The translations under genes were made by a program, and so were the position numbers. From IMG/VR virus record IMGVR_UViG_3300005826_000294, positions 124,001 through 188,000 of that record: a DNA stretch of 64,000 bases; one strand, 5' to 3'. The notes beneath the pieces are model-generated. The model was not told the origin of the DNA. It was given only the letters and a program-made list of their open reading frames with translations, and searched no databases. Of the stretch, positions 21,401 to 31,418 are shown piece after piece; the first letter of the stretch is position 1; every line of letters starts with the position of its first letter.

Positions 21401-23355
21401 ATCTTTACAACTTTATCTGAACCAACATTCTGAAAATTTATTCTTTTTGTCCCAACAGGAAAATCTCTCGACATTTCAATAATATTGAACCAGTTTTCTG
21501 GAGAAGCCGTAGAACCACCAGCCCCTATATATTCAACTCGTACTACCCCACGCAACTCCCCGTAATCTTGATCATAACCATCCATAAATAATTCATATAA
21601 TGTATGAATACCAGTATTCGTAGAAACACTAAAAGAATCAGAATAAATTTCAACAGATACATTTGTAGCGGTAGAAAATCCTGAATGACTACCAATGGTT
21701 ATCGAATTCGATGTTGAAGAGTTAAATACATATGTTCCAGCATCTGGATGATTCTTAATTCTAACAACTCCTGTTTGATCAACTCCAAAAGCAGTTAGAT
21801 CTTGATCAATATTTTTAATTAATTTAGAAGTATCTGTAACACCAGAAGCACTAACAATTTTTCGTATTCCATAAAAATTATATCCATCAATATAAAATCT
21901 TCTAGGACCAACACTATAATCAGATTCATTTCCTACGAAGCCTAATGCTTCCCAAGCACTTTCAGATGGCGTAGAAACATCACGAAACTCAACATATCCA
22001 TCTGGTTCATCAAAAGCAATTCCTATTTCTCCCTTATGTGTAAATGCTATGAGAGGATAGTTATAAGTATCACTTTTAAAAATTTTATTTAAAGCAATAG
22101 AAAGACCTTCTGGAGTCCAAATGCTGGGAGTTGAGTTTATAACAGGATATGTTTGAAGTGCTTGATATGCATCTATATCTATTGTTTCTCCTGTTGCCCA
22201 AGCAATTTTGATATATTTACTAGTACTTGTTATTTTTCTTGTGTCTAATCCATTACTAAGTAAATAAGGAGCACTTGGATGGATAAGTTGAAGTAAAGAT
22301 CCTCCAAGATTTCCAGGAATTGTATCATGACGTATTGCTAATTTTAGCATACTGGGTTCTGTAGTTTCTTCAATATTCCTATAAATAGTAGCTGTGGGAC
22401 TTACACCACTTATAGGAATAGCTCTAAAAAAATAAACTATTCCAGTAGAAGCATTTACATTATCGATATTTCTTGTATAAGTCTCTGTTCCAATAACAAT
22501 ATCTATTCTATCTCCTCTTAAAACTTGAGCTAAATCAGAAGGAACCGAGGTAAATGCTACATTTTTATCACCAGCAGATATATTATTAATGGCTGATGAT
22601 GAAATAATAGTTACCCCATGGTTAGTAGAACCATAAAATGTTTTTTGAGTATTTAAAATACCATTACTATGTTGTTCATCTTGATGTATGGTTAAAGTTG
22701 TAACTCCAAGAGCATCGAGTTTTTCAATAGCCGTTTGAACTTCATCAGCATTTATGAATGTATCTGTATCATCAAAAGAAATAGCACTCGCATTATGAGC
22801 ATCAATAGGGTCAGATATATGATCAACAATTCTTGTATCAAGGTCATTAATTATGCCTTGTAAATTATAATTAACATATGTTCCTAAATATCCATCTATA
22901 TCACTTGTGCGATGACGACTAAAAGTTGAAGGATGTGCTACATGTCTTGCGAGATTAGTAATATCTCCCTGAACTACTTTATTAAGAGCATCATGCTCTA
23001 CACGTAAGGCCCCAATTAATTCTCTTAATATTTTTGTAGAATAGTTTAAATCTAATTTTGATTCTGTAATACCAGCATTATTACCAACCATACTATCTGT
23101 AATTGGTAAAGTAACTAAACCAATAGTAGAAAGAGCAGATGCTTTAATAGTTCCATCAACATTTAAAGATTGATTAAGTCTTGAAGCAACATCTGTATTA
23201 GAACCATGTGGGTTTATTCCCAAAGTTTGCTCAATGTTAAAAACTGCACTACGTATACCATTAATGGCGTCTCCGCCTATCTCAACGATATTATCATCTA
23301 TTCTAATTAAAGTTACATCATCGTCAAGTTCATTAGGATATTTGCTATCAACCAT
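18475..23355 (-). CDS. Large virion fibre/spike with right-handed beta-helix (pectin-lyase-like) domain
   Basis: 1626 aa; Asn/Ile/Ser-rich beta-helix repeats in the C-terminal half; N-terminus homologous to 24469..28503. Confidence 0.65.
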   Translation of the reverse strand: MVDSKYPNELDDDVTLIRIDDNIVEIGGDAINGIRSAVFNIEQTLGINPHGSNTDVASRLNQSLNVDGTIKASALSTIGLVTLPITDSMVGNNAGITESKLDLNYSTKILRELIGALRVEHDALNKVVQGDITNLARHVAHPSTFSRHRTSDIDGYLGTYVNYNLQGIINDLDTRIVDHISDPIDAHNASAISFDDTDTFINADEVQTAIEKLDALGVTTLTIHQDEQHSNGILNTQKTFYGSTNHGVTIISSSAINNISAGDKNVAFTSVPSDLAQVLRGDRIDIVIGTETYTRNIDNVNASTGIVYFFRAIPISGVSPTATIYRNIEETTEPSMLKLAIRHDTIPGNLGGSLLQLIHPSAPYLLSNGLDTRKITSTSKYIKIAWATGETIDIDAYQALQTYPVINSTPSIWTPEGLSIALNKIFKSDTYNYPLIAFTHKGEIGIAFDEPDGYVEFRDVSTPSESAWEALGFVGNESDYSVGPRRFYIDGYNFYGIRKIVSASGVTDTSKLIKNIDQDLTAFGVDQTGVVRIKNHPDAGTYVFNSSTSNSITIGSHSGFSTATNVSVEIYSDSFSVSTNTGIHTLYELFMDGYDQDYGELRGVVRVEYIGAGGSTASPENWFNIIEMSRDFPVGTKRINFQNVGSDKVVKMGTPVTSPASSVDVTDPGTTYILPTSDVIGYRFRIYDYNNVDYVDIEIANDGFLTTTTDQAIDLTIYKRASEDKYVQVGQVLHDTNGFKHLSDRRLLGTVGRKDIRNDFSRDYISYPRSLLRGNGVIYGFEVSGSLIVEGGQVLVDGNIYSVSTTGLDIPKDGLISTYNIFVDGDGILQFMKDDQVGSGFTTPSVLEIINSSDKVILAQVDVNSSNTVTDIRDLRRFVNNIDNKIDLVADDEEINGSFSSLQSAFYYIYNSGTTSRRVRVRGTITHNLSNGPLYVPDGVTILGDVRSGSSIITRPNIFIIGSGTTLFAPISGTSITGLCIRDLKIEMDSSAGTSAIIGNSTTSIVDLTLENCLFENIRNSSGFSRIVYSTSLTNTIINNCIFNFDTSIGSVDAYVFYSTTSIDTIHINNSQSTLTSTNDNYFMYISAGTGIVDLYMNNCMINLGSPTSAGSAIKTNILQNSFIINSNISYTSVVSTNIGIEALTLTECQIKGCYFSNINTGILALTNTSNNIISDCGFNELYVSAIILNSDENSIIKNNLITSSDISLSATDGIIKLIDPNKTLVDKNIINITDSSSASGIGILISNTSQDCILSYNILKNSGSNIGLKQAIVFDGGGGTSGGDHIEDSMVGNKVRDFYGNSSDQGIYMENCDGTIVSQNSIINCCAPIKTFNCPNIVVSNNTFTSSDNYTLVSMSHNTTHINIKLVNNNIISTSLSLTNRVVDFQSSRSQVIGNFITTESNTKTHLYINSTLNTLINNNVFRGTVSYTTEAVLELGSVSYYCLITNNDFTATSSSGPMITDGGSKNVDYMNKGQTYNVVLPNGAAVIDSAISGSFSSWITYGGGWVVSSSTYDATYYNLNFYFSTEIVPAGATINNVEVYYNISAGVKGDFQLEWNLSRGFGSLQTTIPIRAASDAQGNGIQEEIVIPSGNNIMQYEDVHAIRLIPQNTVGTIYVLQVRVNYTL

Positions 23356-23373
23356 AAGGTTTCCTCCGGAAAA

Positions 23374-23694
23374 TTATGCTTCTCCATTTTCGTTTTTCTC
23401 TATTTTTGTTTCAGTTATTGTCTCAGATTTTTTATCTGTCTTTTTTCCAACACTTATAATCTCATCTTTTAAAACATGTTTCTGTAAAACATTAGCCCCA
23501 AAATATGCTGAAATAATAAGTGTTATTAAAGAAACGTATTCTACTCCAGAAAGAATAAATAATGGAGTAGGGGCTTTAAAAACCCACGCACTTAAAAGTG
23601 GCGGAATGAAAGTTCCGATAGTAGATATTGAAAGAACTAATAACACAAGAACCCATTTTCTAGAACGAACTTTTTTATCTACATCTTCAACCAT
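23374..23694 (-). CDS. Small two-TM membrane protein, holin-like
   Basis: Two hydrophobic segments (WVLVLLVLSISTIGTFIPPLL; YVSLITLIISAYFGANVL) and a charged C-tail. Confidence 0.45.
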   Translation of the reverse strand: MVEDVDKKVRSRKWVLVLLVLSISTIGTFIPPLLSAWVFKAPTPLFILSGVEYVSLITLIISAYFGANVLQKHVLKDEIISVGKKTDKKSETITETKIEKNENGEA

Positions 23695-24019
23695 CTTTTT
23701 CTCCAGACTTAATTTTTTTCATTAAAGTTTCTTTTAAACTTGCTATATCACCATACGGCATTGAAGGCATGGACCCAAATTGAGGCATCATGTTTTGAGA
23801 TGATAAACTCTTCTGTACTTGAGCTATAGCTTGTTTTCTCATTTCTTCAACCTGATCCATCATCTCTTGTCTTTGATTTTCAATACTTTCTTTTACATAA
23901 GATTTTGTATTAGGAACTTCTTCACCTAATAATTTATATAGTTGTGGTAATCTTTTATTTAAAATAACTGAAACTTTTTCAAAATCCTTAACAATTTCTC
24001 TTAATAATTCCTTATCCAT
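23687..24019 (-). CDS. Hypothetical helical/coiled-coil protein
   Basis: 110 aa ORF in the operon. Confidence 0.55.
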   Translation of the reverse strand: MDKELLREIVKDFEKVSVILNKRLPQLYKLLGEEVPNTKSYVKESIENQRQEMMDQVEEMRKQAIAQVQKSLSSQNMMPQFGSMPSMPYGDIASLKETLMKKIKSGEKDG

Positions 24020-24027
24020 TTCTGCTC

Positions 24028-24459
24028 CTATTCAGCATTATGTAATGCTTCTAAAAGTGATGTATAAAATGAAACAGATTGAGTAAATTTTTCATATTTT
24101 TGTAAATATTTTTCTGCTTCTTTCTCATCGGATTGTAATAAAGAGTTATACATATTTAAAGCATTTTCTGCTAAAATATTAGCTTTTTCCTTATTCATAT
24201 AATAAATTGCTGTATTATTCGGAGTAACAAAATCATTATTCTCATATCCATCAATTATAGTGATTATATCATATCCATCAAATCTATATGATTGATCATT
24301 AATATGTTCATAAATAAATGGAGGAAACTCTCTACCATCTAAAAGTTTTACTGTTTGATTATTTTTAATTTCTTCATTATTTAATTCTGCTACTCCACTA
24401 TCAAATTCTTCTTCTGAAATTTTCGTATACATTTTTTTTATTTGAAACTCTATACTCAT
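24028..24459 (-). CDS. Hypothetical protein (two DGY motifs)
   Basis: 143 aa ORF in the operon. Confidence 0.55.
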   Translation of the reverse strand: MSIEFQIKKMYTKISEEEFDSGVAELNNEEIKNNQTVKLLDGREFPPFIYEHINDQSYRFDGYDIITIIDGYENNDFVTPNNTAIYYMNKEKANILAENALNMYNSLLQSDEKEAEKYLQKYEKFTQSVSFYTSLLEALHNAE

Positions 24460-24468
24460 TTTATCACC

Positions 24469-27400
24469 TTATGAAGCATAACCATTATCATCTCCCAGTC
24501 GTGGTAAAGCACCAAATCCTCCAGGATTTGCCCCGCCCTTCGCAATATTAGCATCAATAACATAATTTGTTGCGGATGTATAATCAATTCCCATTATAGA
24601 ACCACTATTAGAAACTCTATTTCCAACACATAATACTTCTACACTTGACTTCATACTAATAGATGAATCAGCTCCAACACCATAAATTCTGTTTCCAACA
24701 CAAATTCCACGCTCTCCATAATCTAAATTAATACCAATAGTGCTTGAATTTGTGGGACTATTGACGCTATTTCCAACACAAACCCAATCATCAACGTAAG
24801 TTAAATCAATTTGAGAGACACCATTTCCACCACATCTTGTTAAATAATTACCACAAATAGTAATTTCATTAGAATATATAACTATTCCTTGAAAAATAGA
24901 ATCTCGTATCCAATTACCAGAAATTAAACATCCTGCAGAATTTGTATCAATATATAAACCATTAAAAGAAGGAGAAAAAATCCAATTTGAAGATATTAAA
25001 GTACCTCCACTAGTTCCACTTAATATTATTCCACTATAAGATGGGTCATATATATAATTTCCAGTTATATTACAGAATACACTATTATATATTTCTATTC
25101 CAGTAGCTCCAACACTATAAATCATATTTCCTTGAATTAACAAGTTGCTTGCCCCTGAAGCACCTTTTATTCCATAGTTTAAAGATTGTAAAATTGAATT
25201 ACCAGAAATTGTACTGAAATCTCCACTACTAGTTAAATATATAGAAGAATTAGATGAACCTTGAATTATATTATTATTACAAATAACATAACTACCATCA
25301 ATTTCAATTCCATAATAATTAGCATTTTTAATAAAATTTCCTGAAACAATTGACCTACTTCCAATATCTTTTATTCCATGATAACCAGAAGTGCCTGTTT
25401 GATCTGTTATCATAAAATTATTCAAAATTATTGAGTCAGTACTTCCATTCATATGAATTGGAGATTTATTAACAAAAGAATATGTGCCTACAATCAAATT
25501 ATCAGCAATTGTATAAAAAGAACCTGCTCCTATATATATACCATAATCTAAATTAGAACGAGGAGTATCAATTACATTACCACTTATTAATGTTTTTTTA
25601 CTAGAAGTTGAAGTAGAAATTCCATATGAATTCGCTTCTCCTCCATATTGTATAATTACATTATTATTTACATTACAACTATCTCCAACTTCAAAAATAC
25701 CATGACTTGAATTTGATGTTCCTTGCATAATATTATTCGAACATAATACTTGAGAAGTTCCATTAAAATGAAAACCTATTTTTGGACAACCAAACAATAT
25801 ATTTCCAATAGCACTAATTCTTGACCATCCATTAGGAGTATAAAATGCCCCATTAGTACCACTATAAAGATTTGACATTATGTTTCCAGAAATCAAAACA
25901 TTATAATTAGAGAAACTAACAACCGAAAGTTCAATTCCATATCCACCAGCACCATAGTTAGCAATATAATTATTTGATATAATTGAAGAAGAACCGACTC
26001 CAGAAATTCCAGAAGAACCAGAGCCTATAACTGATTGTAACCAGTTATTAGTTATTATAGATCCAGCACAATCAGTAACTTTAATTCCCCAACCCTGACA
26101 ACTTATTAAACGATTATCTGAAATAGTAATTCTATCTCCTGTAGTAGATTGAATTCCAGCAGAATTATAACTATTAATAGTGTTTCCAACAACAATACTA
26201 TCATCACCTATATAATCTATTCCAACAGATGAGTTAGAGTTTCCAAGTAATACATTTCCAGATATTGTAATACCAGAATTATTATTAACTTGAATTCCTG
26301 TTCCAGCAACACCATTAATTGTATTATTTGCTATTACTCCAATTGAAGATGTTGCCATTTCTATTGCTGATGTAGTAGTTGTGATACTTGGATTACCATA
26401 AATTTGATTTCCAATAGCATGACTACAATTTTCGATCGCATAGATTCCAGGTGCTGTTATTTTGTTTCCAACAACCCAAGTTTCGGCTCCACGTCCTTTA
26501 ATAGCAATCATTGTTGATGGTGGAGTTCCAACACTATAATAATTATCAATGAAATTTCCATAAATTGAAATAAAAGCTCCACTTCCTGTTCCAGCTCTAC
26601 AATTTATTCCATAATTAGAAATACCCTTAATTGTATTATCTGAAATTACACATCCATTATCTTGTCCAGAAGCATTATTCCAAATAGCAATTCCATTTAA
26701 CATAACAGTTGTTGAAGATTGAAATCCAAGAATTAAATTACCATCAATTCTACATTGGGTTGGATAAGCAAGAAGTATCCCAGTATTAAATCCACCTTTA
26801 ATAATATTATCTCCAATTGTACAATATTGTGATGCTTTAATTCCAGAATATGAAGTAGCACTAAAAATATCTTGATAAATAATATTTCCAACAATTACAG
26901 AATTCTTTAAAACTTGAGCATATTTATTAGATGTTTGATATTCTATTCCTCCCAATTCTACTTCTACAATATTTTCAGAAAAAACAGAATTAGAAACAGT
27001 TGTTGAACCTCCTGAACTACCTAATCTCAAAAAATAAGGACAAGCAGTAGATCCAGCTTTTGTTAATTTACAATTAGTAATTGATAAATTAATAATATTT
27101 GTACTATTCCCAACAACAGCGAGACATAACTTTGTTCCTGATACTCCAAGATTTGATTCTAAAGTTATGTCTGTTAAAGTAATATTATCTGCTAATACAT
27201 CAAATAACTTATAATCTTGATTTGTTGTAATCTTTCTTCCGCATCCATCAATTTCTATTCCTTCTAAAGTTAATGCTATTTCCATTTCTGAACTAGAAGT
27301 GATAGATATATCACTAGATAATAGGATCTTCATTGGCGGAATTAATTCATTTCCATTATTTATTATTTTAACATATTCAATAGCAGATTTTAATGAAGTA

Positions 27401-28503
27401 AAATCACAACCATATCCATCTTTTCCAGAAATAGGTTTATTACCAACACTTATGTAATTCTTATCATTTACAAAAACTCCGTATCTTCTTATATCTATGC
27501 TTGTCGTCCAAGTAGCACCAGATCTTATTATTTTATGAAGAAGAACTACTGGATTTTCTGGTCGTGTTGGAATTGAAGTGGAAATATTAGCAGAAGCAAC
27601 TCCACTAGATACTTCCATATATACATAAGAAGTAGTACCATCTGGAACTACAACACTTCCACCGCTATATTTTAATATACGACCATTAGCGGAAACAAAA
27701 CCAGAAGAAACATTTGCTGTTCCACCTGATCCTGAAACTGCTAGTCCTTCAACCACAAAAGCATTAAAAGCTTTGTCTCTAAAACTAGCACCTTCATCCA
27801 AAAAGTTACCAGCTTCTATTAATTGACTTTGAACATCTGTACCAGAAAATGTATATCTAGTCCCAGTAGAAGTTGAAAAACCTGTCGTTCCAACTAGTCC
27901 AGAACCTGTTGAATTTCCAAAAGCATCAATAAGATTTAATAAAGATATTAATTGTGCTTTTAAAGTTCCAGAAGATACAGAAAAATTTGTTCCACTAATA
28001 GAAGCACCACTTATTTTTTGTGTTCCAGTGGTTCCACCACCAAGTTGTGATACTATTTCAGTTATTGCGTTCCTAATTAAAGATAATGAAATAGAGGCTC
28101 CGTCAGCAAATGTAGAAGATCCGCTTCCACCATACATTATAGCATCATTAAGAAACTCAAGAATACTGGATACCTGATCTGCTAAAGGACCTGCAACTAA
28201 ACTATAAGGAGGCGTATCTAATGATGTTGGAAGAACCCCAGTCCTTACAGGACTCATAATAACATCATCAAAGTGTCTAGGAGGGTTTCCAAGAACATGG
28301 GCTTCTATATTACTATATGCGTCATTTAATCGTGCGACCACAGTTCCAAATGGACCTTGGGGATTAACACCAAGTGTTCTCTCAATTGCTAGAATAGCAC
28401 TTCTTAAATCATTGTGGTCTCCAGCAACTATCTCTGAACGTTTATCAACAGCGACTCTGATCTCTGCGTAACCATCAACAGAGGTGGGGTATTTTGTAGC
28501 CAT
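24469..28503 (-). CDS. Large virion fibre/spike with extensive right-handed beta-helix repeats
   Basis: ORF track starts at 28512; the SD-preceded ATG at 28503 (MATKYP) is more likely. Many 'I.GN.I' beta-helix rungs. Confidence 0.65.
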   Translation of the reverse strand: MATKYPTSVDGYAEIRVAVDKRSEIVAGDHNDLRSAILAIERTLGVNPQGPFGTVVARLNDAYSNIEAHVLGNPPRHFDDVIMSPVRTGVLPTSLDTPPYSLVAGPLADQVSSILEFLNDAIMYGGSGSSTFADGASISLSLIRNAITEIVSQLGGGTTGTQKISGASISGTNFSVSSGTLKAQLISLLNLIDAFGNSTGSGLVGTTGFSTSTGTRYTFSGTDVQSQLIEAGNFLDEGASFRDKAFNAFVVEGLAVSGSGGTANVSSGFVSANGRILKYSGGSVVVPDGTTSYVYMEVSSGVASANISTSIPTRPENPVVLLHKIIRSGATWTTSIDIRRYGVFVNDKNYISVGNKPISGKDGYGCDFTSLKSAIEYVKIINNGNELIPPMKILLSSDISITSSSEMEIALTLEGIEIDGCGRKITTNQDYKLFDVLADNITLTDITLESNLGVSGTKLCLAVVGNSTNIINLSITNCKLTKAGSTACPYFLRLGSSGGSTTVSNSVFSENIVEVELGGIEYQTSNKYAQVLKNSVIVGNIIYQDIFSATSYSGIKASQYCTIGDNIIKGGFNTGILLAYPTQCRIDGNLILGFQSSTTVMLNGIAIWNNASGQDNGCVISDNTIKGISNYGINCRAGTGSGAFISIYGNFIDNYYSVGTPPSTMIAIKGRGAETWVVGNKITAPGIYAIENCSHAIGNQIYGNPSITTTTSAIEMATSSIGVIANNTINGVAGTGIQVNNNSGITISGNVLLGNSNSSVGIDYIGDDSIVVGNTINSYNSAGIQSTTGDRITISDNRLISCQGWGIKVTDCAGSIITNNWLQSVIGSGSSGISGVGSSSIISNNYIANYGAGGYGIELSVVSFSNYNVLISGNIMSNLYSGTNGAFYTPNGWSRISAIGNILFGCPKIGFHFNGTSQVLCSNNIMQGTSNSSHGIFEVGDSCNVNNNVIIQYGGEANSYGISTSTSSKKTLISGNVIDTPRSNLDYGIYIGAGSFYTIADNLIVGTYSFVNKSPIHMNGSTDSIILNNFMITDQTGTSGYHGIKDIGSRSIVSGNFIKNANYYGIEIDGSYVICNNNIIQGSSNSSIYLTSSGDFSTISGNSILQSLNYGIKGASGASNLLIQGNMIYSVGATGIEIYNSVFCNITGNYIYDPSYSGIILSGTSGGTLISSNWIFSPSFNGLYIDTNSAGCLISGNWIRDSIFQGIVIYSNEITICGNYLTRCGGNGVSQIDLTYVDDWVCVGNSVNSPTNSSTIGINLDYGERGICVGNRIYGVGADSSISMKSSVEVLCVGNRVSNSGSIMGIDYTSATNYVIDANIAKGGANPGGFGALPRLGDDNGYAS

Positions 28504-28504
28504 A

Positions 28505-29386
28505 CTAAACAAACTCTCCTAAATATTTATTTTTTGCTATATTATATTTTCTATCAAGCCTAGTTTTAAAAACTGAATCTTTATATAACCATTCTAAAAT
28601 TCTTTTGGTTTGTATTCTTCCTCCAAATGATATTTCACATATATTTTTATAAGCACATATTTTAGTTTTATTTGAAAAACAATATTTATTAAGGTTTTTA
28701 CTAACCCAACTTAACATTTCTTTTGTTCCCGCAAATCCTATTTTATATTCTGTTTTACAAATATAACCATCGCCATCTAAATATCCTCTTATAAAATTTC
28801 TTATATTACTTTCATTATATAATACTGGAGGTTTTAAGGTTAAAGATTTTTTTTCAGTTATATTGAAATTTTTATATAAATTAGAACAAATTTCTTCAGA
28901 CCCAAACACAACTCCAATTTGATTTTTATATGAATATAACTTATTATTAAAATTTATAGCATTAGCAAATTTATTTATAGCATCTATATCACATTTTTTT
29001 AAAGTAAAACTTAATTTTGTTTTTAATACACAACCATCAGACGCTATAAAACCGCCCCAATATGAATTTTCATTATTAATAAAATTAAAAAAATTATGAT
29101 TAATAAATGGATTTCTCATAATTTCAGACGCTGTTTTTCCAATTCCCAATTTTTTTATTCTATATGAAATAGAACTATAACTTATATCATATTTTTTAGA
29201 AATCTCTTTTACATTCATACCTTTTAAATATTCTTTTTTTATAATATTATCACTCAGATTTAAACGTCTAGTTAAAATTATTCCCTGATATTTTAATTCT
29301 TTTCTTATTTTATACTTACTAATTCCTAATAATTTATGTATTTCAGATATTGTTTTACCAGATTTATATAATTGTATTATATTCAT
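28505..29386 (-). CDS. LAGLIDADG homing endonuclease with N-terminal HTHs
   Basis: YWGGFIASDG and FIRGYLDGDG motifs. Confidence 0.85.
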   Translation of the reverse strand: MNIIQLYKSGKTISEIHKLLGISKYKIRKELKYQGIILTRRLNLSDNIIKKEYLKGMNVKEISKKYDISYSSISYRIKKLGIGKTASEIMRNPFINHNFFNFINNENSYWGGFIASDGCVLKTKLSFTLKKCDIDAINKFANAINFNNKLYSYKNQIGVVFGSEEICSNLYKNFNITEKKSLTLKPPVLYNESNIRNFIRGYLDGDGYICKTEYKIGFAGTKEMLSWVSKNLNKYCFSNKTKICAYKNICEISFGGRIQTKRILEWLYKDSVFKTRLDRKYNIAKNKYLGEFV

Positions 29387-31359
29387 AATGTATGAGTATG
29401 TCCTACAACATTTTGAACAATACCGTTTATTATTATATGATTATGATTTTCTGAAACCAATGTTGCTGTTTTATAACTTAAAATATTTACATTCTCAGGA
29501 ATAACAATCTGATGATTATGAGCAGGAATACCTGGAGCAGAAGATGTTGATGTAACTGCTGAACCAGGTCTCGGGCTTGCATCTCTTAAAATAGGAAATT
29601 GATAAATAATATCCGACACAGGGAAACGCTTCATTCTAAATTTTTGAGCCCCCGTTTGTGTAAAAAAAGCTCTCACCCTTGTTACATCCAAAATCTCATA
29701 TCTAAACTCTTCAGTATTATCTGGATTAAATCTTATTAAAATATCTCTATCTTTTATCGCCGGAAAAGCCATAGTCCAAGCCGAAGGTTCATATGCTGGC
29801 TCTAATCCTCCGCGATCTACAATGTTTGTATCATCTGTTGAAGGATCAACTCTTACAAGAATTCTACGATCTGATCTTCGTGGATTAAAAAATTGAACAT
29901 ATCCCTGCGTAAAACCTACTCCTAAACAAGTAGGACATTTAGCATTTTGATGTTCTCTCCTCTGCATCACACAATGGCACCTAATTCCTGTCCACATTCT
30001 TCTAGCAAGAACAAATGGTTCTCCTGTAGATTCTAATAAAAGTTCTTCTCGTTGAAACATATGAGTACTAACATCTGATTCTTTAACTAAATGTCTATTA
30101 CCATCAGCATCAAATCTAACCTGAGCTCCACCAAAATAACTTTTATTACATTGTCCTTTCATAAAACTACTAGGGGATTTTGCTCTATATGTTCCACAAT
30201 AATCAAGTCTTGGAAAATCTCCAGAAGCATCATTATTATCACCTGGAGTTGTAATATTATCAAATGGTTGTTGTCTTATTCTTAAATAACCATCATGAAA
30301 GGCATATCCATCATATCCATCTCTATACCCATCACTATATCCATCTAATAATACATTTGTTAAAGCATAATTCGGTTTTTGAAATGTAGGAACAGATTGA
30401 ACTTTTTTTGTATTTCCATCTTCTTTTCCACCATATAATCTTATTAATGATCCTAAACTATGATTTTCAGCATATGTTATATCAAAACCACGAGTTGCTA
30501 CAACAAAACCACTAGGAGAATATTGTTTTGAAGAATATCTTATAAGTTCGTCTCCAATAAGCAATATTCCAAAATCTGGAAAACCTGATGTTGATACTGC
30601 TGGAACAAAAAGTGCTTGATCATTAATATAACCATCTAATTGTGTTAATGGATAAGAATATAAATCTACCCCTACTTGATTTCTTCCAGTTATAGTTATA
30701 TGGCTAGGATTAAATTCTGCTACTCTTACTCCAAAGAAATATTGATCACCTGGTCTTAAACCCGCTATTGTTGCTTTATTATCGATAGACATAAAATCTG
30801 GATAACCGTCGAATACTAATTCTCTATCAGTAGAAACATAAATATTATAAAAAATTACATTATTTTCATTATTTGGATATGCTTCCAACCAATCAAGTTG
30901 AACCTCAGTCCCAATTCCTAAGTCTGTTGCTATTTCCAATCCCAAATTAGTTGGAGGAAAAAATGGCTTACTAGGATCACAAGCTCTAGATAATGATGTT
31001 GTAGAAATTTCTGGTGCAGAAGTAGAATACCCTGATGTAAAAAATGAATAATCTAATTCTATTAAATCATCAAGATTATCTTTAACTTCAAGATGTATAT
31101 TTATTTCAGAAGCTCTAGGAAAGAAACTAGGGGCTTTAGGATATATTCCAACAACATTTTTTCCTGTCCCAGACGCAATATTTCCAGAATATCCTCCAAC
31201 AAATGCTCCATTTGATATTACAGAAACACCTAATATGGTTACAGAAAGAGTGTTGATTTGTGCTGGATTAGCACCATCAAGAATAGTAAAACTAATTATG
31301 CTAGTCCTAGAAACACTCGTTTGATTAGAACTTGGAATTAATTGTGTAAATTCCGCCAT
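29383..31359 (-). CDS. Neck / head-closure protein (gp14-like) with added Ig/FN3-like N-terminal domains
   Basis: C-terminal 'RRMWTGIRCHC...CPTCLGVGFTQGY...WTMAFPAIKDRDILIRF...FRYEI..VTR' resembles head-closure proteins; FN3-like 'QLDWLEAYP...YNIY...YFFGVRV'. Confidence 0.6.
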   Translation of the reverse strand: MAEFTQLIPSSNQTSVSRTSIISFTILDGANPAQINTLSVTILGVSVISNGAFVGGYSGNIASGTGKNVVGIYPKAPSFFPRASEINIHLEVKDNLDDLIELDYSFFTSGYSTSAPEISTTSLSRACDPSKPFFPPTNLGLEIATDLGIGTEVQLDWLEAYPNNENNVIFYNIYVSTDRELVFDGYPDFMSIDNKATIAGLRPGDQYFFGVRVAEFNPSHITITGRNQVGVDLYSYPLTQLDGYINDQALFVPAVSTSGFPDFGILLIGDELIRYSSKQYSPSGFVVATRGFDITYAENHSLGSLIRLYGGKEDGNTKKVQSVPTFQKPNYALTNVLLDGYSDGYRDGYDGYAFHDGYLRIRQQPFDNITTPGDNNDASGDFPRLDYCGTYRAKSPSSFMKGQCNKSYFGGAQVRFDADGNRHLVKESDVSTHMFQREELLLESTGEPFVLARRMWTGIRCHCVMQRREHQNAKCPTCLGVGFTQGYVQFFNPRRSDRRILVRVDPSTDDTNIVDRGGLEPAYEPSAWTMAFPAIKDRDILIRFNPDNTEEFRYEILDVTRVRAFFTQTGAQKFRMKRFPVSDIIYQFPILRDASPRPGSAVTSTSSAPGIPAHNHQIVIPENVNILSYKTATLVSENHNHIIINGIVQNVVGHTHTL

Positions 31360-31418
31360 TTATATATACATCCTATTATTTGGTATATTACTCTAAAAAT
31401 ATGAAATTATTAATAGAA

